Below, one piece after another: positions 21,501-29,931 of a stretch of 64,000 bases of DNA (its first letter is position 1; each line of letters starts with the position of its first letter). The translations under genes and the position numbers were made by a program. The notes beneath the pieces are model-generated. The model saw nothing but the letters and a program-made list of their open reading frames with translations, was not told where the DNA came from and made no database searches. Source of the stretch: a virus (taxonomy: Duplodnaviria; Caudoviricetes); IMG/VR virus record IMGVR_UViG_3300037721_000031, positions 64,001 to 128,000 of that record; one strand, written 5' to 3'.

Positions 21501-22345
21501 CGCCAGCAGCTACAACAATGCCAGATGAGGCGCAAGCTAATCCAGGTGTGTTCTTTGATAAAACTGGTAGGACTCGTACAGCTGGTGAGATTTACGAACA
21601 TTTTACTAAGAAAATATCTAATCAGGCTAGAGATCTCGGTGTAACTGATTCAATGTTTACAGAAGTGCAGCAAAGTACTAATAAGAAATCTAAAGTACAA
21701 GATTCATCACAAAGTACTACAGCAGCGGTTCCAGTAAGCAACTCGGTGTCAGGTAATCAAAAGTCTCAGGCTACATCTAGTGCAACATTAGGTACTAGTT
21801 CCAAGACAAACATGATGAGTACCCCGACTGTTGATAGTGGTACTACTACATCTAGTCAACCTAGTAAGTCAAACGCGGTCAATGCTGTTAAGAGTATTAT
21901 TGATTCACCTGCAAAGACTTCCGCAGTCATTAAAGAGCAATCTAGTAAATTGCCAACAAATGCAGGTATTGATAGTTCTAATGAAACTGTTATTGAGACG
22001 CAGTCAAAGAAGCAAGAAGCTTCAGCAGCACAGGTGATTCGTAAACCAGAAGGCTTTATGGGTTTCCAACCTAGGATACGTCCTAGCCCACAAGAAATCC
22101 AGGCCATCGAACTTGCTAATCGTCCTAATATGGAGAAAGGTATTAATGATGTTAATCGAACGTTACTGCAATCATTGGGTGTGCATGAGGAATCACGTGA
22201 CCTGTTACGCAGGATTGTAGATAATTTATCATCAGTACCTGTAACGAATGATGTCAAAGCTCCCGCGACATTACCACAAGCAGTACAACCTCGTATTCCA
22301 AAAGAAGCGACTAAGGTCCCTATCAACATGGGTCGTAGAGGTTAG
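15506..22345 (+). CDS. Giant tail protein with C-terminal lytic transglycosylase (phiKZ gp181-like, tape-measure-like)
   Basis: 2279 aa; SLT motifs MCAIESKF, SSAVGLLQF..GTW, ANALMGAEF, YLAHFLG at about 21170-21480; Gly/Ala-rich central segment; divergent from beta'-N as in phiKZ. Confidence 0.88.
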   Translation: MATKNNSKTKYESNDFNIDSSLDLPDFDFDATDIKEDRNPVISAAKSAAQGVADSVFNTGVIRSTINKTLPKEYGSILNITDHTTDSIRSLYDTAAKEFKPAKNDLKRIAGRVAPAVEGVLGKKIADKLRAMSKSGESVGIDLSIERQRDDSLVMELGNIFKAQADVADQKEATDESREQFRDSIDQVRHRNEISQLDSIRVGIEQLTSYQDNVLSNYQKKSLELQFRQYFVTADLLEITKKSAAEQDTKLQGILKNTGLPEFVKINESERFSELARNKFYSDIRDSLFGEMDGTEYIKKFVNNVKKSLTANIQEWAQSASQITFMADMATGAISDGEGPSKAQLLGGVAGGLVGDYAVGKGQEKLKKLLEGNKELAKGAENVAYRVNNSAQLADDYMAEADWGGFEGLRQFLDDNRPQIMADTAMDADSLSEMHKPMPFSRAASKSIIEIIPGYLARIHQEIQILRTGNESIGLSAYDYNTNKFTTQKNLSKKIVNDLIVKDDGNGSNSVSEIKKRQNDILKIVDPEEKLTGTQRKAISDTLLRTSVTRRSTDAKHLSNKHFWRKAGSEADGIANVFAKMLETDKNGKRADTLPAIRNQNIISNAVRGLTKGIDDPRAKIQEMINTGQYSVLRDSGLIDDDNRISIDNLVKILSGDSDKVQTESDRALGTVKNKSVNIGKNVQRDKPVRAFSTTVSKVEAIARIDPEAFEPLSKAIYSLQDSFKVSSTLKPVETLVELVTSIDKRLSEGLAVYGDTTGRILTGDRNQPGWFSEKVKETRKKWSEISIGELGAKAKEVGAKGFTYVKDHMSKLASTAGNIAVKARDLVQTTLQRAADRMGDIYVGSELKPRLTRAKMLAGEYIDQATGKVLSSLDDIKGTVIDRDGNIILSIEDLKIAQLRGKTIEYLKDKIQGLGGLLAKAALQGSTMLGGLYGRMFSIGMVGLHKAKLLLPPFDVYVNGSMEKPLLYASQFKLGSYFSKKTGNVVKHPRDIDGPVLDKDGNIIVTEEQVNKGLVDRNGIAISNILGRGLNKVKELGLAGFSLIKKFGMSVKNFATDAFGALGEMVKGLFNGFSYFGEKYVEINKDQLDVQLEILKLLQERLPKKVTGDSDGDGVREGSVQDIINRRKEEKSKKEEKLSDKAKTTGTGGSSLYGAIAGLFKGKKKDEGEEGGKDSSLLSDAADAADIYDSVRSDKSGIPDSKDTVKGKGVGKVTARATTKVGRLLQGAKGLAGKAAGTIGKVGGTAVGAAASFFGLGSVLGKAGGALGKIATVGGSAIGKVGMGLGRLGLAALTSGGTIAVARAALMGLTGALFSPIGLAALGLTAAYYGYKYLTRKKLEVLNKVRYVQYGFNANDEDHFKAVFELEDSLEEHVKLDNGTASLDDKKIDLNELAEPFGIKATDKESVRKWAYWFNDRFKPIFLAHKSALRAIKPDLKIANVDGSKLTPQEKLNYLGATELPGANYSLTTSPFVDLERLSSDSRAVQAQIEIARTTIQQEVKTGSTSKNTVATATAMATLSASGLNKDGSVNNNNQLNTSNAKSLGLSSLVNGLNKRETIKDASNSISAQSTLSSDYLFTGDKGQMDALTVIRFKAYGLITMDAEKVKALRYLEVYVARRTNFSKDGAEYAQDVEALLEDVKVYFGISGARSPRGYKWITWFRSRFLPVFLNFSTAVEKATRKADVVQAERTLTSEQAVAVASAVYTTTSIYDGRKMSVWKITDCSPWDNYPLNGNDSSIELNLEALKEATKAVIRGEHKSDSIRQKTADNRNRAVNEGSTSDNKTRSELGSGAVVMYAKPTSITEKQRGESSVYGNNQPELLRQDGRNVRAVGEYLTGVKINHPGAGTGGDINSLPDPGTATGAEAIVPLLREVAKMTGVDPKILIDMCAIESKFDPQARPFDPRTGKYLSSAVGLLQFLKGTWADQLRANGSKYGIAIGTPPTDARANALMGAEFIKSNMNYLKSKVKRDLTETDVYLAHFLGAEGASKFLQMDRNTPAATTMPDEAQANPGVFFDKTGRTRTAGEIYEHFTKKISNQARDLGVTDSMFTEVQQSTNKKSKVQDSSQSTTAAVPVSNSVSGNQKSQATSSATLGTSSKTNMMSTPTVDSGTTTSSQPSKSNAVNAVKSIIDSPAKTSAVIKEQSSKLPTNAGIDSSNETVIETQSKKQEASAAQVIRKPEGFMGFQPRIRPSPQEIQAIELANRPNMEKGINDVNRTLLQSLGVHEESRDLLRRIVDNLSSVPVTNDVKAPATLPQAVQPRIPKEATKVPINMGRRG

Positions 22346-22357
22346 TACTTTATGTTT

Positions 22358-22385
22358 CAGGAGAGGGGGAGTTCCCCCTCTCCTG
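22358..22385 (+). terminator. GC-rich hairpin between co-directional tail genes
   Basis: CAGGAGAGGGGG-AGTT-CCCCCTCTCCTG, no downstream U-run. Confidence 0.5.
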
Positions 22386-22410
22386 AGTATTTTCGAAGAG
22401 GAACAAAAAC

Positions 22411-24420
22411 GTGTCTCTCCGTCGACAAGTCAGGGATACCCAATGGGTACGCCAATCATTTCTAGTATCTCTTGATGCTAAGAACAAACCGCAACTCGAC
22501 AATATCGAATTGCGCAATAGAACGTTTACTACCGCTAGATTTAAGTTTGTAGATACTACTCCTGGCGGTAACTTATGTATTAATCCGCCACCGCAGTTTA
22601 CACGGAATGCAGACCCAAAGGTAAATAACATTTTTACCCCACGTACACAGACTGGTCGCACTGTACAGACTACGGCTTCTCGTGGTCTTGGACGTTACTA
22701 TAGCGAGGCTATGGATGACAACATGCGTATAATCAGCATGCGTATGGGAGTACCTCAGTTTAATTCCTTGACGACATTCTTTACCGGATTCTATAATGCA
22801 GATGCAGGTTCTCTTGCCAGAACAGGTAGAGCTTCTAGTTGGATTTATACATTCTTTAGGGCAGCTGCGTTTATAGTACCATTACTGTCATTACCTATCT
22901 TATTCATTACTTGGGCAGGTAATACGTGGCGTTTTCTGAATGGTAATCCAAGTTCCAAGTATTACTATTTAAAACCAACAATGCCTTTATACTGGAATGC
23001 AGTTAATTCAATTGTGAATTTAATTGCTGTCAATAAAGGCATCATACCTCGTTTTTTTGATGAAGATACAAAGAACAAGATTGGTGATAATAGGTTTGCA
23101 TTTACTGGTGCCGATCTGCAACGATTCAGTCAGTTAATGCCTGACATTATGCGCCCAGATGGTGGTATTGATGTTTATGCTTTATCTACACGAGCCCAGC
23201 GTATAGCTCGTAGAGTTTATAAGCAAATGGATGTTGTTTATAGTCAGTTACATGCTTCTGGTGGAGGTCCGGATCAAATAGCTGAATATCTTGACAGAGT
23301 AGATAGACTCGGCATGCAAATAGATCCAGAGGATCGCGCACGTACATTCTCTCGTTATTTATCGGATTGGTTTGCAGCTACTCGCTCTCAAGTTAAGGCA
23401 CCTACAGCTCCTCCTTCAGCAGGCGCACAGGCGGCTAATAGTAACGGAAGCAGCGGTGTAGAGTCATTACCTACTGAACAAAGCGATGTAGATTCTTGGG
23501 ATAAGTTCCTAGAAGCCGAACTAGATGACGGTTCGTCTTTTATCTCCTTCCGTGTAGACTCTGACGGACCAGCTAGTGAAAGCTTTAGTAATACAGTAGG
23601 ACAATCAGACATTGCTAGTAGGTTTAACTCAATGTCGGGTAGTTCGCGTTCTACTGCGTTTAGTTTTGCTGGAGGTAACGTATCAGGAGATACCTTGGTT
23701 GGTGGTGCTGTGCAGGCTGTATTGGGTGCTGCTGCGGATGCTGTGCGTGGTGTTAGAGATGGTTTGCAACTTACAGGCCTGGCTGCTCTTGGTGGCGCTG
23801 CATTTGTTGATATTCCAGAGCACTGGCAATCATCTACCGCTAACTTACCAACAATGAGTTACTCATTCACACTGACTTCTCCTTATGGTAATAAGATGTC
23901 ACAGCTTACGAATATTTATATTCCACTAGCAATGATACTGGCATGTGCTTTACCATTATCTACAGGACGTCAATCATACACAAGTCCGTTTCTAATAGAA
24001 CTTTATGATCGTGGTCGAGCGCAAACTCGTTTAGGCATTATTGACTCTTTAAATATATCACGAGGTACTTCTAATCTGGCGTTCAATACTGCTGGAGAAC
24101 CAATGGCTATTGATGTATCATTCACTGTTAAAGACTTATCAACAGTAATGCATATGCCAATTATCCAAGGCTTCTCACTGACCAACCCGACAGCTAGTGT
24201 ATTCGACGATGATAATACATTTACAGATTACATGTCGGTACTTGGTTCACTTACTCTTCAAGAACAGATCTATACTGGTGATAAGCTTAAGTTAGCTTTT
24301 ACTAGATTAGGAGCTCAGTTCAGGTCATGGAAAAGCACAGCACGATGGATGCAATTAATCGGTGACCTACCTCCTGCAAGACTTGCAAGTATATTTTATA
24401 CGGGTATTAATAACAGATAG
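22411..24420 (+). CDS. Tail/baseplate structural protein (phiKZ gp182-like)
   Basis: 669 aa following the gp181-like gene; C-terminal YTSPF...GIIDSLNISRG...IDVSFTVKDL resembles tube-initiator-like folds. Confidence 0.65.
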   Translation: MSLRRQVRDTQWVRQSFLVSLDAKNKPQLDNIELRNRTFTTARFKFVDTTPGGNLCINPPPQFTRNADPKVNNIFTPRTQTGRTVQTTASRGLGRYYSEAMDDNMRIISMRMGVPQFNSLTTFFTGFYNADAGSLARTGRASSWIYTFFRAAAFIVPLLSLPILFITWAGNTWRFLNGNPSSKYYYLKPTMPLYWNAVNSIVNLIAVNKGIIPRFFDEDTKNKIGDNRFAFTGADLQRFSQLMPDIMRPDGGIDVYALSTRAQRIARRVYKQMDVVYSQLHASGGGPDQIAEYLDRVDRLGMQIDPEDRARTFSRYLSDWFAATRSQVKAPTAPPSAGAQAANSNGSSGVESLPTEQSDVDSWDKFLEAELDDGSSFISFRVDSDGPASESFSNTVGQSDIASRFNSMSGSSRSTAFSFAGGNVSGDTLVGGAVQAVLGAAADAVRGVRDGLQLTGLAALGGAAFVDIPEHWQSSTANLPTMSYSFTLTSPYGNKMSQLTNIYIPLAMILACALPLSTGRQSYTSPFLIELYDRGRAQTRLGIIDSLNISRGTSNLAFNTAGEPMAIDVSFTVKDLSTVMHMPIIQGFSLTNPTASVFDDDNTFTDYMSVLGSLTLQEQIYTGDKLKLAFTRLGAQFRSWKSTARWMQLIGDLPPARLASIFYTGINNR

Positions 24421-24478
24421 TTTATACCTTATGTTAAAATAGATACTATTTACAGTAGTACAGTTGAAAAAAAAGAAG

Positions 24479-24525
24479 ACGGCATAATAGCTAGAACCTT
24501 ACTGGGTTCTAGCTATTTATGCCGT
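24479..24525. terminator. Bidirectional terminator between convergent genes
   Basis: ACGGCATAATAGCTAGAACC-TTACTG-GGTTCTAGCTATTTATGCCGT with flanking A and T runs. Confidence 0.8.
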
Positions 24526-24528
24526 ATT

Positions 24529-25641
24529 TTAATTAGAAGCTAGAATACCGACAACAGATACTATTTTCAGTAGAGTTCTCGGATCAATGGTATTTGTTTT
24601 CTTAACACTTTTAGGTGAGCTTTGAGAAATCAGTACTACTCTTGGAAAGAAGCGTTTAACTTCAGCTTCAACAGTAGTTTCTTTGTATAGTCCATGAAGT
24701 AAGTAATTCTTTCTGGGATCATCATCTAGCAGGAATTTTACACCATCAATAATTAAGTCTTGGAAAGCCGCGGAGCTACCAAGTAATCTTAAGATGTTGA
24801 TACCAGCTGAATCACCATTTGAACTAAACTTATCCCAATCTTTAAAAGCATTATCCATAGTAGCAAGGTACTTATTAAAAATACCTACCTTGTTACGAGA
24901 ATCTCTTGACATCTTAGTGCCATACGCCTTGCTTAGGTCCTGTCCTAGATTTGGATAAAGCATACCCATACTCTTTCCTACAGGAGAGCTAGATATCTCA
25001 AATATAGAGTCTAGATCACCATTAGAAAGAAGTTTAGGAAGTGATTTTTGAGCAGCTCTAGTAAGCACTGGTATCTCTTGAATACCAGAAGTTAGCTTAG
25101 TCCATACTCCACTCATTCCTAAATCAGAACTCTCACCAACTAATCCACCGACTACACCACCAACTGCATCAAAGTCGTCTATCTTGCAGACATTTTTATC
25201 ACCAGTGTAATCTGCTAGGAATGATCCTAAACCTGTAAGATCTTGAATATTTGCACTGTCTACTTTTGACTTTACACCACTAATATCTACTTCTAATTTC
25301 TCATTCATGTTCATACTGCCGAACATGTTACCTTTAGCATCATTTCCTAATGTTCTAAAAGAAGAGTTAGTTTTTGAATTAGTGGCCAGTAGTCTTTGAG
25401 TAAGAACATCTTTATCTACTTCTAGTTTCTCACCGCTAATTACTTTTATAGCAGTACCTAATTCAGGCTTGCTACTACTGTTTCCTATAACGCTAGATAC
25501 ATCAAATTCAGACGTATTAGATAATGACTGAATACTATTAACTGTTTTTTCACCAGGCTTACTTTTATAAGTATCTATGGCTGCTAAGTCATCTTTAGCA
25601 CCAGTTGAGAAAACAGTCTTTACTAAAGGCTGACTGGCCAT
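24529..25641 (-). CDS. Probable virion structural protein
   Basis: 370-aa ORF; context only. Confidence 0.55.
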   Translation of the reverse strand: MASQPLVKTVFSTGAKDDLAAIDTYKSKPGEKTVNSIQSLSNTSEFDVSSVIGNSSSKPELGTAIKVISGEKLEVDKDVLTQRLLATNSKTNSSFRTLGNDAKGNMFGSMNMNEKLEVDISGVKSKVDSANIQDLTGLGSFLADYTGDKNVCKIDDFDAVGGVVGGLVGESSDLGMSGVWTKLTSGIQEIPVLTRAAQKSLPKLLSNGDLDSIFEISSSPVGKSMGMLYPNLGQDLSKAYGTKMSRDSRNKVGIFNKYLATMDNAFKDWDKFSSNGDSAGINILRLLGSSAAFQDLIIDGVKFLLDDDPRKNYLLHGLYKETTVEAEVKRFFPRVVLISQSSPKSVKKTNTIDPRTLLKIVSVVGILASN

Positions 25642-25671
25642 AATTGATATCCTAAATTTGGCAAAAAAAAA

Positions 25672-25697
25672 TATAGAGAGGGCGAACCCTCTCCTTT
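25672..25697 (-). terminator. Short hairpin terminator candidate
   Basis: GAGAGGG-CGAA-CCCTCTC next to a long plus-strand A-run (U-tract on the minus strand). Confidence 0.45.
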
Positions 25698-25712
25698 TGA
25701 AACCGTTATGAT

Positions 25713-26288
25713 TTATTGATCAGTAGAGTCAGACACATAACGCATTGCAGCATTAGTCCAACACTGTGGTACATTACCTTCTTTTAAAGCAGTTCGTATA
25801 TCTTCCATTCCATCGATCAACCAATCGGAATTCTTTGGAAATATTACAATACGTCCGAGCACTGCTTCTGTATCACCTTTTTGACGAAATAAATAAAAGT
25901 GAGTCAGGGGTAGAGAAGATGCTATAAATGATTTCATCAAACCTTCATCCTGTATGATCTTTTGGTAGTTACCTGCCAAAATATCTTCCTGGAAGTTAGG
26001 ATTGTGAACCATTGGAAGTTCTTTACCAGCAACCTTAGCTCGAATACCGTACAGATAGCGTAGAGAATCTTGGCACTTTCCAGTTCTCATGTAGAACCAA
26101 AAACCTTCCATAGATTTGAAAGGTCCAAAGTAAGGATGTACGAACGGTGTAAGTGAAAAGTGTGAAAGCTTCTTTCCTAATCGCGTCACACAATTGCTGT
26201 ACATATTCAAGTACTCGATACCGTCCTTTGAAGGATCAATATCACTAGCCTTACGAAACATCTTCTTGGCTTGAATAGGTTTGTTCAT
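25713..26288 (-). CDS. Conserved phage protein, NADAR / T4 gp30.3-like
   Basis: LSHFSLTPFVHPYFGPFKSMEGFWFY resembles the NADAR-type SNF...PF...F.S.E..(F/W) motif. Confidence 0.45.
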   Translation of the reverse strand: MNKPIQAKKMFRKASDIDPSKDGIEYLNMYSNCVTRLGKKLSHFSLTPFVHPYFGPFKSMEGFWFYMRTGKCQDSLRYLYGIRAKVAGKELPMVHNPNFQEDILAGNYQKIIQDEGLMKSFIASSLPLTHFYLFRQKGDTEAVLGRIVIFPKNSDWLIDGMEDIRTALKEGNVPQCWTNAAMRYVSDSTDQ

Positions 26289-26803
26289 ACGCTAGCTTCT
26301 CTCTGATTATACTTGCTAATGTTACCCAGCTTAATGTCTTCTACAACATCTCTAAATGACTGATCGTCGCTCGGGGGAGAATCAGCTGTCGACATATCAA
26401 CAATTGTTGAGTGCGCGGACTTTTTACCATTTTCATGCTCGGCGATAATTACGATCCCAAACCTACGAATCTTGAGCAACATCATACCGCGACAGAACAC
26501 TTTCCATGTCATTCTACCACGAATGAATTCCTTATTTAGATTACCACGTATACTGGTGCGGTCACGTCTGTTATTTTTGTTGTGGACTTCTGATTCTACT
26601 TGTACATATTCGTCCATGAGATGACTCCATCTCATTCCGTTAATATTCAAGTCCAACAACATTTTCCTGAACAGTCCAGCAAGTACACCAGTGATACCTG
26701 AAGTGGCACCTACGCCTCTATCAGGACGGGAAAGTAAGTCCCGTATCTTGTCTTTCTTTTGAATCATATATAACCTCTTTTCAAAGGTGTTACTAATTAA
26801 CAA
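26285..26803 (-). CDS. Conserved hypothetical jumbo-phage protein
   Basis: 172-aa ORF overlapping the next gene (ATGA). Confidence 0.7.
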   Translation of the reverse strand: MLISNTFEKRLYMIQKKDKIRDLLSRPDRGVGATSGITGVLAGLFRKMLLDLNINGMRWSHLMDEYVQVESEVHNKNNRRDRTSIRGNLNKEFIRGRMTWKVFCRGMMLLKIRRFGIVIIAEHENGKKSAHSTIVDMSTADSPPSDDQSFRDVVEDIKLGNISKYNQREASV

Positions 26804-26817
26804 TACTCAGGTCACTA

Positions 26818-27327
26818 TCAGTCCTTGTATGTAAGGACATCTAGTAGACCGGCATTGACATCTTTTAAACTCGAGAACACTTTTGTAAGCATTCTGTTGT
26901 TATGCTCATGAACACCAACTGTTGCTTTTTCACAAACTTCAGTCAGAGTGTAAAACTCTTTGATTGCCTTACAATAATCAAGGATCTTAGAGTGACTAAT
27001 ATAATAACCATCTCGTTCAAAGAAGTTATTAATGGTAGTAGGTTCATCAGTAAAGTAGCACCTACTCATACTTAAAGCAGTGTTATCTTTCAAAACACTA
27101 TTCAATTCTATTACCAATTCAGTTAAAGAAATTAGATTGGGCTTAATACATTTGAAATGTACTAGTCCGCCAGCTACTGCTTTAAATGAGTAATTGGTGT
27201 AATTACTTAATTCTAAATGTAAAAGACGACCTTGCTCTCTCACACTTTTCTCATTAATCGGAATACTATCTTCACTAGGCTTAAGACCTAATTTCAGTAA
27301 TATTCTTTTCCACCATAGAGTTATCAT
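26818..27327 (-). CDS. Hypothetical protein
   Basis: 169-aa ORF. Confidence 0.7.
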   Translation of the reverse strand: MITLWWKRILLKLGLKPSEDSIPINEKSVREQGRLLHLELSNYTNYSFKAVAGGLVHFKCIKPNLISLTELVIELNSVLKDNTALSMSRCYFTDEPTTINNFFERDGYYISHSKILDYCKAIKEFYTLTEVCEKATVGVHEHNNRMLTKVFSSLKDVNAGLLDVLTYKD

Positions 27328-27478
27328 GAGAATTTTTTAACTCGAAGACAACAGTTATGAACTGTTGAATTTACTAATTTATAAGACAAATAACAATACT
27401 CCTGTCAGTTATACCACAAATATGATATGTGTCTGAAAGAATCCTGACTTCATCTTTTTATAATGAAAGTAACTCGTT

Positions 27479-27913
27479 ATGAGTCAACCTACCGTTCCGC
27501 CTGAAATGTCTGAAGATCAAGTATTGGCGTATACTCAGAGTAAACGCCGCCATATTGTTGAGAAGCTTACCATTGACGGTAAGGTACCAGACGAGAAAAC
27601 AGAAGTCTCTCTACTTATAAGTGCCCTGGACGGGATGGATCGTGCAGCACTTACTAACAAGAGAATAAAAGCTGACGAGAAAGCTTCACAGGGTATTGCA
27701 GGTGCAGCCAGTGTGATTGCTAAACTTCTTACCCAAGTGAATTCTAAAGGTAAGAGTACTGACTTAGAAATCATATCGGGTGCACCACTCACACTAGGTA
27801 CCGATATTCCTGCCCCTGATTTAGTTCCTGGAGAAATAGAAATTACCCCAGGTCAAATGGATTTCGATTCATTTACTGCTAGTTTTCAAAATGCAACAAA
27901 TCCATCGTCATGA
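27479..27913 (+). CDS. Hypothetical protein
   Basis: 144-aa ORF with an ATG start, convergent with 27886-28746. Confidence 0.7.
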   Translation: MSQPTVPPEMSEDQVLAYTQSKRRHIVEKLTIDGKVPDEKTEVSLLISALDGMDRAALTNKRIKADEKASQGIAGAASVIAKLLTQVNSKGKSTDLEIISGAPLTLGTDIPAPDLVPGEIEITPGQMDFDSFTASFQNATNPSS

Positions 27914-28746
27914 TCAGTAACTGATTCTGAGTGATTTACATTGATAACGCTAGGGTCGGGGAGCTTAGGCTCTTCGGCTTCTATGCCGTCTTTATTTTTA
28001 GCTTCTAGAATTTCTTTACTAATGCAGAATACTGAGACATCAGTTAATCTCAATGTAAAGAACGGGGACATAGTCAATTCTACAGCTGCAAACGGATGCA
28101 CATTCATCTCTTTGAGTTCAGCTAATTCCTGCTCACTAGGGTATCTTTGATATAAAGCTGGTGATATTACAGATACTTCAGGCATCTTCACTTTTTCAAA
28201 CGCATGACTATCGTGATGAATCTTTAACCATGATTGGTAGTCGTACCGAATCATCATCGTGTATGTATCTTTACAGTATTGAGGCGTAAGGAAAGCATCA
28301 CTAATGTTCACGACATTAACATCAGCCATCTCTTTTAATCTGCTCCAGACTGCTACTGATATTTCCGCCATTTCTTCTTCATTTAAATCGTAAGGATATA
28401 CGTTCACTTGAATCTGAAGAGGCTTAGTATTTACATTAGTAGCAGCTGCTTCAAATGTACTCTTTATACATGAATGTAATAAAATAAAGACATCAGTAAA
28501 TGTAGATAAGATCAACGTATCTACATTTCTTTTCTCATATGCCTTTTTAAATATCTCATACGGAGCATCTTGAAAATCATCTATGTTGCGAGACGTATAT
28601 CCATTCATTAAAGCATTGACTGCGTATTCGTTTTTAAGAAGTGCCAATGTTCCTAATCGCGTATCCAGTAATGAGTCAATATCGACATAGACAATATCTG
28701 CGTCTAGTACTTTCTTAGTATCGGATGGTAATGTCTTTGTCGTCAT
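27886..28746 (-). CDS. Conserved hypothetical protein, possibly HAD-like
   Basis: 286 aa; N-terminal VYVDIDSLLDTRLGT resembles a HAD motif I (DxD). Confidence 0.6.
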   Translation of the reverse strand: MTTKTLPSDTKKVLDADIVYVDIDSLLDTRLGTLALLKNEYAVNALMNGYTSRNIDDFQDAPYEIFKKAYEKRNVDTLILSTFTDVFILLHSCIKSTFEAAATNVNTKPLQIQVNVYPYDLNEEEMAEISVAVWSRLKEMADVNVVNISDAFLTPQYCKDTYTMMIRYDYQSWLKIHHDSHAFEKVKMPEVSVISPALYQRYPSEQELAELKEMNVHPFAAVELTMSPFFTLRLTDVSVFCISKEILEAKNKDGIEAEEPKLPDPSVINVNHSESVTDHDDGFVAF

Positions 28747-28749
28747 AGT

Positions 28750-29247
28750 TTACTTCTTTTTAGCTTCTTCGATCTCGATACGTAAATATAAAGATATCAT
28801 AGCTACTGTAACTAACCACTTGTTTGTAAGCAGAAGAGTCTTGATGTCGTCATACTCCGGTAGACGTAACTTCAACTCTTCTGGAACAGCTACGGTCTCA
28901 GAAGACACATCTGCATTTTTAATAGATGGCGTTGGGAATACACATAGTGCAGAGGCAAGTACCTCAGGTAACTCGTTATTATCTTGCTCAGACATACCCA
29001 GTCTTGTAAAGAATGCACCAGTAAGTCTTAGAACAAAATCTCTAACAGTATCGTTACTAAAGACGTCTTTCATCATCCTACTAAGACCGTCACTTGTAAA
29101 TGCAAGATAGAGTGAGTACTGCATCGTAATACCGCTTACAAACTTAAGCACTACGTTACGACGAGTCGGATCAGGAAAGTGACTAAGTGTATGTTCATAA
29201 GCATCGCGAAAGGCAATCTCATTTGCGTTCATCTTCTTAATAGACAT
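28750..29247 (-). CDS. Hypothetical protein
   Basis: 165-aa ORF in an operon with the vRNAP beta-C gene. Confidence 0.7.
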   Translation of the reverse strand: MSIKKMNANEIAFRDAYEHTLSHFPDPTRRNVVLKFVSGITMQYSLYLAFTSDGLSRMMKDVFSNDTVRDFVLRLTGAFFTRLGMSEQDNNELPEVLASALCVFPTPSIKNADVSSETVAVPEELKLRLPEYDDIKTLLLTNKWLVTVAMISLYLRIEIEEAKKK

Positions 29248-29256
29248 AATTTATCC

Positions 29257-29928
29257 TTAGATTCCACTTGGTGACAAGTGCATGGCTACTAGGTATGTGC
29301 GTAACGCATCACTGGACTTAACACGAGTTCCTAAAGCAGCGATAGCGTCCTGACTTACACCACCAGTCTTAGCGATAGATTCATTCATTGCATTAAATCC
29401 TTGTGTGTCGCCACCACGGTATTTAATAAGTTCAGTTAAAGTTTTATCGAGATTAAGCGCTGCAAGAATCTGTACTTCAGGATAACTAATTTTAGATCCC
29501 TTAGATTCACCTGTAGGTTGACCAGTAAGATTATCTACAGAACGATTATGTTCAGGAATAGAGATCTTAGAAATCAACAGCTGAGCTTGTCGACGTAAAG
29601 GTAAGTCTATAACAAGATACGGAATTGGAGACAAGTACGGAGCTGATCCTTCCTTACTCTCCATCCAAATATGTTCAAAGAACTCGTGACCAATTTCTTT
29701 AGCTAATGCTAAGTTTCTCTCAACAGTCAAAGAGGTGTCATTCATAATTGGAGAGATAATGGCTAGTTTAATTGAACCATTATCTAATCCATTGATGAAG
29801 TTTTCAAACTGTTCATCATCCATCTCTTTAAATGCATCTTGATACATCTGTGGATTACTGGATCCTGGCAGTAACTTATCGACAAGCTTAATAATTACAG
29901 CCTCAGCAGCTGATCTATTTCCTGGCAT
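29257..29928 (-). CDS. Virion RNA polymerase beta-C subunit (phiKZ gp149-like)
   Basis: LPLRRQAQ...RSVDNLTGQPTGESKGSKISYPE corresponds to the beta C-terminal R...Y...TQQP..GK..G.R.GEME region; ELIKYRGGD. Confidence 0.82.
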   Translation of the reverse strand: MPGNRSAAEAVIIKLVDKLLPGSSNPQMYQDAFKEMDDEQFENFINGLDNGSIKLAIISPIMNDTSLTVERNLALAKEIGHEFFEHIWMESKEGSAPYLSPIPYLVIDLPLRRQAQLLISKISIPEHNRSVDNLTGQPTGESKGSKISYPEVQILAALNLDKTLTELIKYRGGDTQGFNAMNESIAKTGGVSQDAIAALGTRVKSSDALRTYLVAMHLSPSGI

Positions 29929-29931
29929 GAT

